Source: Alphaproteobacteria bacterium (GTDB taxonomy: Bacteria; Pseudomonadota; Alphaproteobacteria; GCA-2731375). From it: a stretch of 64,000 nucleotides of DNA. This document shows positions 56,553-64,000 of this stretch, piece after piece. Each line of letters begins with the position of its first letter. Within the stretch, counting starts at the first letter, position 1. The position numbers and the translations under genes are program-made. The stretch lies in assembly GCA_965232515.1 (NCBI GenBank), contig CBDDPY010000002.1, forward strand, positions 6,176,001-6,240,000. Reading direction: 5' to 3'. Below the pieces are notes generated by a model, which searched no databases, had not been told where the DNA came from, and saw only the letters and a program-made list of their open reading frames with translations.

Positions 56553-57484
56553 GCCGACATTCGCGGCCTGGCCGCGGCGGGTGGTGTCAGAGCGTCAAAC
56601 ATGGCGATGGCGTCGTCCAGGTCGCCATAGCTGTATTCCATGCAGCTACAGCGGTCGACAAAGCCGGTCAGCGCGGCAAAGCCGGCCGCACCCAGCACAT
56701 TGGCGTTAAAGGCGCCGCCACTGAGGCGCAGCACCGATTGTCCTTTGCTGATGGGGGTCAACGCCGGCGACGCGCCGGCCGTGAATGTCGGGAAGATCAG
56801 CCAGGCCGGCGTCGCCGGTTCGGCCCAGCGCGCGACGCTATCGGTCGGCGGCTTCACATGCGCGACTGTGCCCTTGTTGGTATCGCGGGTCTCCGGGCCA
56901 ATGACAGCTTGCGGCGCGAACTGGCGCATCACGCCGATGGATTCGTTTTTCAGGCTGACCGGCCGCGGCATCGGCGACAGGCTGGCGCCGTCGTGCGCGA
57001 TCAGGCCCAGTTCGTCGGAGAACAGCCGCCAGCCACGGTTGATCAAGGCCGCGCAGAGCGTGCTCTTGCCCGAACCCGACGCGCCGGGCAGTACGGCGGC
57101 GAAGCCGTTGCGCTCGACCACGGCGGCATGCAAGACGAGGTGCTGATGCAGATGGGCGTGGGTCGCCCAGTTCAGTCCCCATTCCAGGACCGGGAACGCC
57201 TGGTTGCTGGACAATGGCGTGAACGGCACATGGCCGTCGAGATCGAAGATGACCAGCGGTCGTAGCCAGCGCCGCAGCAGCGACGGAGATCTGAGCCGGA
57301 CGTGAAAATCGACAAAGGCGTCGTCCGGTGCGATCGCATAGTCCCGGTAGAGCACGGCAATGCCGTCGACCAGTCCGTTCATTTGCGAGCGCACGCGGAC
57401 CGTGAGCGGCCCGATCCGCCAGGCCAGCCCGTCGCCGCGAAGGCGGCGGCGAATTTCGCTCTCGGTGAGGTCGGCGATCTTCAC
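56549..57484 (-). CDS. HprK-related kinase A
   Basis: LEWGLNW, LHAAVVE, Walker A GASGSGKST, LFSDE, PRPVSLKNESI. GTG at 57484 lies 1 bp after the PqqD-like stop. Confidence 0.85.
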   Translation of the reverse strand: MKIADLTESEIRRRLRGDGLAWRIGPLTVRVRSQMNGLVDGIAVLYRDYAIAPDDAFVDFHVRLRSPSLLRRWLRPLVIFDLDGHVPFTPLSSNQAFPVLEWGLNWATHAHLHQHLVLHAAVVERNGFAAVLPGASGSGKSTLCAALINRGWRLFSDELGLIAHDGASLSPMPRPVSLKNESIGVMRQFAPQAVIGPETRDTNKGTVAHVKPPTDSVARWAEPATPAWLIFPTFTAGASPALTPISKGQSVLRLSGGAFNANVLGAAGFAALTGFVDRCSCMEYSYGDLDDAIAMFDALTPPAAARPRMSA

Positions 57485-57485
57485 G

Positions 57486-57782
57486 TCAGCTTCCGTCTGG
57501 CTCGACGAGGCCAAGCTTGTGAAACTCATCGATCAAGACCGCCAGATGGGCGGCCAAGTCAGGATCCGGCGGTAGGTTCAAGTCCGCGGCGACCTGTCGC
57601 GTCAGGCTGTCGACATCGGCGGGCGATTGCTGCAAGGCGCGGATCGCCGCCGCCTCGACGGGACCCAAGAGATGCGTATCGCCGGAGCCGTCGTGATAGG
57701 CGACGGACTCGTCACCCCAGCCACGCAGCTGGACGGAGAATTCGCGGGGCATGCGCCATCGAGAGTGCGACTGCGTGACCAT
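57486..57782 (-). CDS. PqqD-family (RRE-like) protein of the HPr-rel-A system
   Basis: WGDESVAYHDGSGDTHLL...LIDEFHKLGLVE, about 98 aa. Confidence 0.82.
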   Translation of the reverse strand: MVTQSHSRWRMPREFSVQLRGWGDESVAYHDGSGDTHLLGPVEAAAIRALQQSPADVDSLTRQVAADLNLPPDPDLAAHLAVLIDEFHKLGLVEPDGS

Positions 57783-57829
57783 GGCCGGGAACGATCGGTT
57801 GTCGTTGGTCCCGCGCAAGCATCACGCAA

Positions 57830-57854
57830 GCCGGGATGATGGGTCAATCCCGGC
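57830..57854 (-). terminator. Stem-loop between the Cys-rich gene and the PqqD-like gene
   Basis: GCCGGGAT-N9-ATCCCGGC with no U-tail; more likely a stabiliser or attenuator. Confidence 0.45.
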
Positions 57855-57911
57855 CGTTTGTCGCAGGCAAAGGCGAAGAAATGGTAACGCGGCGGCCGGC
57901 CGCGGCATGTA

Positions 57912-58568
57912 TCAGCTGTAGTAGTTGCCGTGGCTGTCAAGCGGGCAATACTGGTTGTTGTAGTAGTCGAACTCGTTTTTGACTTCTTCCATGACGTCGG
58001 CAGTGTTGCTTTGGTAAGCCTGCACGAACTTGCTGATCACCGTCAGCACATCGAGATCGAATTTCACGTCGCAGGCCGCATTCTGCAACGCGGCGACCGC
58101 CTGCCTGCCGAGGTTGGGAAGCTGGCGGCTGCAGTTGCCATCGCAATTGGCCGGGATCACTGGATCGCAATCACCCCGGATCACCTCTTCCAGGGTCGCG
58201 CCAACCTGGCTGTTCTTGGCGTTGAAGGCCTGGATCAGGAAGATTTCCAAGAACTCCTTGTCGGGCCCGTATTGAGGGTGCCAGAGGTGCGTATGCTTCT
58301 TCCAGAAGCCCTTGCTGCAGCCCTCACCCTCACAATCGACGATTTCGGACATGTTCTCCGAGGCCATCGCCGACTCAGAACAACCGCCGGCCCAGGCCGG
58401 TCGGCCATACTGGGTCAAAATAACGGGGGCACCGATCAGGCCACCCTTGAGCAGCCGTCGCCGTGTGGCGCCGCCGGACTCGCTGGCCTGGGGGGTATCG
58501 GCGGCCTGGTCCGCGAGATTAGCGGAGTTATCGGCGCCGTTCTTGCCGTGCGATTTCATCTTGTCCAT
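57912..58568 (-). CDS. Twin-arginine-like exported Cys-rich protein
   Basis: TRRRLLKGGLIGAPVILT...PAWA, then GGCSESAMASENMS, GCSKGFWK, RQAVAALQNA; 8 Cys. Confidence 0.75.
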   Translation of the reverse strand: MDKMKSHGKNGADNSANLADQAADTPQASESGGATRRRLLKGGLIGAPVILTQYGRPAWAGGCSESAMASENMSEIVDCEGEGCSKGFWKKHTHLWHPQYGPDKEFLEIFLIQAFNAKNSQVGATLEEVIRGDCDPVIPANCDGNCSRQLPNLGRQAVAALQNAACDVKFDLDVLTVISKFVQAYQSNTADVMEEVKNEFDYYNNQYCPLDSHGNYYS

Positions 58569-58782
58569 GACCCAGATACACCTGTCACTGTCCAGTCCGC
58601 CCTGCTCAACCGGCTGAACGCTAACAATGCGTCGCTTTACCGGCGAAACCTCTCCCTACGGACGGTCACCCGCTCGCTGGCGCCGAACATGACAACTGGA
58701 AGCAATCCCGTCGTATCCCCCGCGACGTGATTTCCCAGTTTGGCACGAACAACGGCCGCCCGAAGGCTCTCACCATCATACA

Positions 58783-58799
58783 AGCAAAATTCGGGCCAG
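58783..58799 (-). promoter_or_regulatory. Sigma-54 promoter for the Cys-rich/PqqD/kinase/NTase operon
   Basis: Minus strand reads CTGGCCC-GAATT-TTGCT, with correct GG-N10-GC spacing. Confidence 0.7.
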
Positions 58800-58869
58800 G
58801 GGAGTCCAAACCAATAGGATGGGTTTTCAATGGTTTAACGTCCCTTGCCCGGCCGGGGTTCTCCGATTC

Positions 58870-58906
58870 TGTAAAGAAACCCGACATAATGTAAGAAATC
58901 CCGACA
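58870..58906. promoter_or_regulatory. Paired enhancer-binding-protein sites (PEP-CTERM-box-like)
   Basis: Direct repeats TGTAAAGAAACCCGACA (58870-58886) and TGTAAGAAATCCCGACA (58890-58906), 72 bp upstream of the sigma-54 site. Confidence 0.7.
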
Positions 58907-59244
58907 CTTAGCATCTGGCATTAACCATAAACGTGATTTCCGACGTACATGGCTGGCTCCGTTCGCGCTTCCTGTCGAGCACTGAACGTTACCTAACATA
59001 GAAACATGTCATAACGGTTTCTTTGTTCCCAGTGACTAGCATGAGAGCAGATGGTGTCCGGGGGTTGTGGGAGCGGCAAAACGCTTGCGCGCGGCTCGGG
59101 CTTCGTGGCACGTTAGCTTTTATGGTGTTCGAGATGGTGCTCAGCCACAAGATGTGGTCGATCAATCGGGTCCCTCGATTTTCCCCCATGGAATACCTGC
59201 GCCCAGACAACGCAATTCTGTTCCGCCGCTGAGGAGCGCTGGCA

Positions 59245-59748
59245 ATGCCGACGACCGAATTCGAAGAACCGACCGATATCGACAACCCGCTGGACGTCGT
59301 TGAGCAGATCGTGTCCGCGAACCAATGGCCGTTCGATCGCCAGGGCGAGGAAGAGCTTTCGGTCTCCATTGCCGGCAGCTGGTGCGACTACCATCTCGGC
59401 TTTTCGTTTCCGCAAGGGCAGGGCGCCATGCAGATCGCCTGTGCCTACGATCTGCGTGTGCCGCAACGGAAGCGCGAGGAGATCTACTCGTTGCTGGCCA
59501 TGGTGAACGAGCGCATGTGGCTCGGTCACTTCGACCTGTGGTCCGAGGAGGGCGTGCCGATGTTCCGGCACACCGTGCTGGTGCGCGGCGGGCCGGCGCT
59601 GACGCCGACGCAGCTCGAGGAAATGATCGAGGTGTCGATCGGCGAATGCGAGCGGTTCTATCCGGCCTTCCAGTTCGTGCTTTGGGGCGGCAAGGCGCCG
59701 GACGAAGCGATCGAGGCGTCGATGCTGGAAACCGTCGGCGAGGCCTGA
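59245..59748 (+). CDS. YbjN-domain protein
   Basis: NPLDVVEQ...W.FDR, WLGHFDLW, CERFYPAFQFVLW, ETVGEA. Confidence 0.88.
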   Translation: MPTTEFEEPTDIDNPLDVVEQIVSANQWPFDRQGEEELSVSIAGSWCDYHLGFSFPQGQGAMQIACAYDLRVPQRKREEIYSLLAMVNERMWLGHFDLWSEEGVPMFRHTVLVRGGPALTPTQLEEMIEVSIGECERFYPAFQFVLWGGKAPDEAIEASMLETVGEA

Positions 59749-59750
59749 CC

Positions 59751-60575
59751 ATGACGGGCGCCATCGCCGGGCCGCTGCTGCTGGTCGGTTGCGGCAAGAT
59801 GGGCGGGGCGCTGTTGCAAGGCTGGCTACGGCAGGGCGCGGATCCCGCCGATATCCTGGTCGTCGAGCCCATGGCCGATCCGCACCGCGTGCTGGCCGCG
59901 CCCGGCGTGAAGATGCTGGCCGAGCCAGAGCAGTTGCCGGCCGATTTCGAACCCGCCGTGGTGGTTCTGGCGGTGAAGCCGCAGACGATGGATGACGTGG
60001 CGGCGCACTACGGCCGGTTTGCCCAGCCGAACACGGTCTTCATGTCGATCGCCGCGGGCACCAAGATCGCTTACTTCGAACAGCATTTCGGCGATGATGC
60101 CGCCATCGTGCGGGTGATGCCGAATACGCCGGCTGCGGTCGAGCGCGGCATGTCGGTGCTATGCGCGAACGCCCGGGTGTCGGCCGCGCAGCGCGAGACC
60201 TGCACCGGTTTGATGGCGGCCGTCGGCGAGACGGCCTGGATCGAGGACGAGGCGCTGATGGACGCGGTCACGGCGGTCAGCGGCTCCGGCCCGGCCTACG
60301 TGTTCCTGCTGATCGAGTGCCTGGCGCAGGCCGGGGTCGAGGCCGGATTGTCCGTAGAGCTGGCGGCCCAGCTCGCGGCGGCGACGGTGTCCGGCGCCGG
60401 CGAACTGGCGCGGCAATCGGCGGAGACGCCGAGCCAGCTACGCGTCAACGTCACCAGCCCGGGCGGCACCACCCAGGCGGCGCTCGAAGTGCTGATGGCG
60501 GATGACGGCTTGGCGCCGCTGCTGCGGCGCGCCGTCGACGCCGCCGCCCGCCGCAGTCGCGAGCTCGGCAGCTAG
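59751..60575 (+). CDS. proC: Pyrroline-5-carboxylate reductase
   Basis: GCGKMG, LAVKPQ, RVMPNTP, SGSGPAY, VTSPGGTT. Confidence 0.96.
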   Translation: MTGAIAGPLLLVGCGKMGGALLQGWLRQGADPADILVVEPMADPHRVLAAPGVKMLAEPEQLPADFEPAVVVLAVKPQTMDDVAAHYGRFAQPNTVFMSIAAGTKIAYFEQHFGDDAAIVRVMPNTPAAVERGMSVLCANARVSAAQRETCTGLMAAVGETAWIEDEALMDAVTAVSGSGPAYVFLLIECLAQAGVEAGLSVELAAQLAAATVSGAGELARQSAETPSQLRVNVTSPGGTTQAALEVLMADDGLAPLLRRAVDAAARRSRELGS

Positions 60576-61657
60576 GCGGCGAATTCCTCGACCTCGACCC
60601 GATTCACGCCCGCCATCTGTGCCGTATCCAGCAACTCCTGCCAGGTCGTCGCGTCGATGGGAACGCCATCGGCGAGACGCTTGTCGCGCATCTTGCGTTC
60701 GGGGTCGCCGGGCACCATGACCGCCTCGACGCCGGGCGCCGGCGGCGAGGCCTTGACCCAGTCGGTGAAGGCGTTGAGGTCCTGGCCGAAAAAGTCGCTG
60801 GCGTTGAAGACGTCGGGGTCGAGGATGATCATCAGCATGTTGTTGATGATCGTTCCGCGCTCCAACCGCTCTGGCAGGAACGTGCCGCCACCGGTGACGC
60901 CGCCGGCCAGAATGTCGCAGATCAGCGCCAGGCCATAGCCCTTGTGCGCGCCGACCGACATCAGGGCGCCCGTCGGCTCGCCGTCGCCGCGGAACATGAC
61001 ACCCGGGTCGTTGGTCGGATTGCCTTTCTCGTCGATGAGCGAACCTGTCGGCACCTCGACGCCTTTATTGTGGGCGACCCGGACCTTGCCCATGGCGATG
61101 TTGCTGGTCGCCATGTCGAGGATCAGGCGCGGATGGTCCTTGGTGGCGGGAATGGCCGTGCAATAGGGATTGGTCGTATAGCGCGCGTCGGAACCGCCGA
61201 ACGGCGCGACGAGCGCATGATAGGACGTCGAGTTCACGTAGTGGATCGAGACGAAGCCGGCGTCTGCGCACATCTCGCCCCAGGCGCCGATGCGGCCGAT
61301 GTGGTGGCTGTTCCGCAGACCGACGACGGCGACGCCGTGATCGCGCGCCTTGGCGATGCCCATCTCCGTGGTCTCTTGCGCGATCACCTGGCCATAGCCG
61401 GCATTGCCGTCGACCAGCAGGAAGCAGCCCTTGTCGATCACGATTTCGGCGTGCTGGCCGACGTTCAACCGGCCTTCGACAACGGCGCTGATATAGGCCG
61501 GCATCATCCCGACGCCATGGCTGTCATGACCGGCGAGATTGGCTTCGACGAGGCGGTCCGCGACCATCTGCGCTTCGGCTTCCTCGCTGCCGGCGCGCAT
61601 ACAGATCAGCTTGGTCAATTCGGTAAGCTTGTCGGCCTGAACCACCACATCGGCCAT
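60572..61657 (-). CDS. Malate/L-lactate/ureidoglycolate dehydrogenase (Ldh_2 family)
   Basis: GHDSHGV, HHIGRIG, TNP, LDMATS, HKGYGL. ATG at 61657 with SD AGGAGG. Confidence 0.9.
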   Translation of the reverse strand: MADVVVQADKLTELTKLICMRAGSEEAEAQMVADRLVEANLAGHDSHGVGMMPAYISAVVEGRLNVGQHAEIVIDKGCFLLVDGNAGYGQVIAQETTEMGIAKARDHGVAVVGLRNSHHIGRIGAWGEMCADAGFVSIHYVNSTSYHALVAPFGGSDARYTTNPYCTAIPATKDHPRLILDMATSNIAMGKVRVAHNKGVEVPTGSLIDEKGNPTNDPGVMFRGDGEPTGALMSVGAHKGYGLALICDILAGGVTGGGTFLPERLERGTIINNMLMIILDPDVFNASDFFGQDLNAFTDWVKASPPAPGVEAVMVPGDPERKMRDKRLADGVPIDATTWQELLDTAQMAGVNRVEVEEFAA

Positions 61658-61705
61658 GTTGGCGTCCTCCTTTTTGTTGTCGCGGTTTCGTTGCCGCAAT
61701 GCGCT

Positions 61706-61720
61706 GCGGCGACTTGTCGC
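61706..61720. promoter_or_regulatory. RegA/RegR-like box between divergent genes
   Basis: Exact GCGGC-N5-GTCGC match. Confidence 0.4.
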
Positions 61721-61787
61721 CGGTTCGCCGCGTCGCTTGCCGCGTTCGTGGGCTCGCTTATATCATGCCAATCGGAGGGATACGGCA

Positions 61788-62459
61788 ATGGCCAAGCAAC
61801 CGACTTCGACCCGGCGCAGAAAATCCGGTGGCGGCAAGACGGCGGCCGATCCGCGCCAGGCGGCGTTCGCGGCGGCCATGAAGCTGGCCGGTTTGCAGGG
61901 CTGGACCGACACCACGATGGCCGATATCGCCGACGAGGCCGGCATCGGCCTCGACGAGCTGCATCGGCATTTCAGCAGCAAGCCGGCGCTGCTCGCCGCA
62001 TTTGTCGAACATGTCGACGGTGTCGTTCTGGCCGGCACCGATCCCGACATCGGCGACGAGCCCGTGCGCGACAGATTGTTCGATATCTACATGCGTCGCT
62101 TCGATACGCTGACGCCCTACAAGGATGGATTGCGCGCCGTGGCGCGGGAGCTGCCACGCGATCCCGCGGTGTTCGCCTGCTTCCTGTCGGGCCCCTATCG
62201 GCGGTCGCTGGAATGGACGCTCGAGGCCGCGCGCATCGGCAACTGGGGACCGCTGCAGCCGTTGCAAATCAAGGGACTCGGACTGATCCAGGCAGCCGTC
62301 ACCCGCACCTGGCTGGGCGACGACAGCGAGGATCTGGGCAAGACCATGGCGGCGCTGGACAAGGCGCTGCGGCGCGCCGATTCGATCGTCGCGTCGTTCC
62401 CGTTCGGTGGCGGTCGCCGAAGCGGCGAGCAGGCCGAGGCGGGCGCCGAAAGCACCTGA
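61788..62459 (+). CDS. TetR/AcrR-family regulator
   Basis: TTMADIADEAGI...HFSSK; RDRLFD..MRRFD; DLGKTMAALDKAL. Confidence 0.85.
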   Translation: MAKQPTSTRRRKSGGGKTAADPRQAAFAAAMKLAGLQGWTDTTMADIADEAGIGLDELHRHFSSKPALLAAFVEHVDGVVLAGTDPDIGDEPVRDRLFDIYMRRFDTLTPYKDGLRAVARELPRDPAVFACFLSGPYRRSLEWTLEAARIGNWGPLQPLQIKGLGLIQAAVTRTWLGDDSEDLGKTMAALDKALRRADSIVASFPFGGGRRSGEQAEAGAEST

Positions 62460-62518
62460 CGGCACGACCAGAATTTGCTTGACCCGTCGACGCCGACGGG
62501 CGATACGACCGGCCTGAT

Positions 62519-62533
62519 TTGTGCAGTGCAGCA
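62519..62533 (+). promoter_or_regulatory. PhaR-like operator upstream of the phasin gene
   Basis: TTGTGCAGTGCAGCA (TGC-N3-GCA type). Confidence 0.55.
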
Positions 62534-62620
62534 TTTGCGTTGCGGCGACGCCGCATTGGCTTCGCGAGGCGTGACGCGGGGCTTCACCGAATTCAGATTT
62601 CCGATTGGAAAGGCACCACA

Positions 62621-63076
62621 ATGGCCAAGGACAATCCGTTCGCCGGATTTGACGTCACCAAAATGATGACGGATTTCAAGCTACCCGGCGTCGATATCGA
62701 GAGCATGTTGAGCGCGCATAAGAAAAACATTGAAGCCTGGCAAAAGGCCAACGAGCGCGCGGCCGAGAACTTCCAGGGCATCGTCGCGCGGCAGGCCGAC
62801 ATGGTGCGCGACACCATGGGCGAATTGGCCGAGACGCTGCAGCAGATCTCGGCGTCAACCAGCCCGGAGGACAGCGCCAAGCGCCAGACCGAAGTCATTA
62901 ACCGGGCGCTCGAAACCGCGCTGAGCAACCTGCGCGAAATCGCCGAGATGACGGCCGAGTCGAACCGAGAGGTCTTCGACGTGCTGAACGACCGCATCAT
63001 GGAAAGCATGGAAGAGGTCCGCGAGCTCGGCAACGAGGCCATGCGCAAGGCGGCCGGCGGAAACGACAAGAAGTAG
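62621..63076 (+). CDS. phaP: Phasin (PHA granule protein)
   Basis: FKLPGVD...HKKNIEA...AN...RQ...SNREVFDVLNDRI.ESMEE. Confidence 0.85.
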   Translation: MAKDNPFAGFDVTKMMTDFKLPGVDIESMLSAHKKNIEAWQKANERAAENFQGIVARQADMVRDTMGELAETLQQISASTSPEDSAKRQTEVINRALETALSNLREIAEMTAESNREVFDVLNDRIMESMEEVRELGNEAMRKAAGGNDKK

Positions 63077-63160
63077 CCGCGAAGACAGACGCCGGCCGGA
63101 TTGTCAGGATCGCGGCGGCGGTGTTAGCGTGCGCCGCTGCGAAACAGGCGGGGCCGGCTC

Positions 63161-63499
63161 ATGTCCGAGATCAGTTTTGACGACTTTCTGAAAGTCGACA
63201 TTCGCGTCGGCACGATTATCCGTGCCGACGATTTCCCGGAAGCGCGCCGGCCGGCCTACAAGCTGTGGGTCGACTTCGGGCCGGAGATCGGCGAGCGCAA
63301 GACCTCGGCGCAGATCACGAAGCACTACACGCCGGAGACGCTGGTCGGCCGGCAGGTCTGTGCCGTCGTCAACTTCCCGGCGAAGCAGATCGGCAAGTTC
63401 ATGTCCGAAGTGCTGGTGCTGGGCTTTCCCGATGACGACGGCGAGGTCGTCCTGATCGGTCCGAGTCTGCAGGTGCCGAATGGCGGCCGCATGTATTGA
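63161..63499 (+). CDS. csaA: tRNA-binding/export chaperone CsaA
   Basis: [45 protein letters not shown]. Confidence 0.93.
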   Translation: MSEISFDDFLKVDIRVGTIIRADDFPEARRPAYKLWVDFGPEIGERKTSAQITKHYTPETLVGRQVCAVVNFPAKQIGKFMSEVLVLGFPDDDGEVVLIGPSLQVPNGGRMY

Positions 63500-63621
63500 G
63501 TGCAAATCGTCCGCCGGCGGTGACATCTGCGTCGAAACGTCAACGTCGTGACATAGGTCAACGCTAAGCTCTCCAGAGCGGTGTTTTTTGTCGCCGCTAA
63601 CGCCAAATGGAGGGCATCGAC

Positions 63622-64000
63622 ATGGCGACTTCACGCAGTACAGCGTCAACAGCCAAGACGAACCAAGGCGGCGCGATCCAGGACAATCCAATGGTCGCGG
63701 TGGAGAACGGCATGAACGCGTTCGCCGGCGTCGGCGGGGCCTATTTCGGCGCCGTCATGAAGGCCAGTCAGACCATGATGAACGGCGTTGTCGAGTGGAA
63801 CCGCGAGATGGCGGACTTCGCCAGTCATCGTTTGCAGGCCGATGGCGAAACGGCGCAGGCCTTGATGCAGTGCAAGGACTGGTCGGCGGTGGCGGATATT
63901 CAGAAGGACTTCCTCGATCGCGCGGCGGCACAGTACAGCGAGGAAGCGACCAAGCTGACGAACCTGGCGACCCGGGTGATGCAGGATAGCATCGCACCAC
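63622..64000 (+). CDS. Second phasin-family protein (truncated by the window end)
   Basis: SD GGAGG and ATG at 63622, open to the end: ...WNREMADFASHRLQADGETAQALMQCKDWSAVADIQKDF...YSEEATKL. Absent from the ORF track. Confidence 0.75.
   Translation, partial: MATSRSTASTAKTNQGGAIQDNPMVAVENGMNAFAGVGGAYFGAVMKASQTMMNGVVEWNREMADFASHRLQADGETAQALMQCKDWSAVADIQKDFLDRAAAQYSEEATKLTNLATRVMQDSIAP

Noticed and set aside
55479-57782. Lasso peptide or PQQ biosynthesis cluster
   Set aside because: No lasso cyclase, B2 peptidase, short precursor or pqqBCE genes in the window.
59023-59232. 69-aa ORF upstream of ybjN
   Set aside because: Atypical codon usage, no motif and no clear SD; more likely promoter/UTR sequence.

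Overview
High-GC alphaproteobacterial chromosome segment. The taxon is inferred from gene order (petABC, hemF-trmL, prs-rplY-pth-ychF, lgt/ubiK-ybjN-proC-csaA, phasins) and from CtrA-, RegA- and PhaR-like boxes. No rRNA, tRNA, CRISPR array or transposase was seen. The housekeeping backbone runs from about 25 to 64 kb, and three accessory blocks stand out. (1) At 0-7 kb is a Fap-type functional amyloid locus: three amyloid-repeat subunits, a C39 peptidase, a lipoprotein FapE-like gene, an orphan substrate-binding protein and a convergent FapF. At 7-12.7 kb, directly upstream of the operon's first gene, is a regulatory island with three PAS-like/LuxR-HTH paralogs, two collinear 63-aa microprotein paralogs that each face a regulator, and an exosortase-associated/N-acyl-amino-acid-synthase-like acyltransferase. 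(2) At 20-24.7 kb a heme peroxidase precedes three uncharacterised envelope proteins. (3) At 55.5-58.9 kb is a cassette of a twin-Arg-like Cys-rich protein, a PqqD-like protein, an HprK-like kinase and a nucleotidyltransferase. Blocks 1 and 3 carry the same promoter architecture 50 kb apart: a sigma-54 site, an IHF-like site and paired 17-bp TGTAA...CGACA boxes. This suggests one matrix/biofilm regulon of the PEP-CTERM/PrsR type. All family calls come from motif recognition, not database searches.
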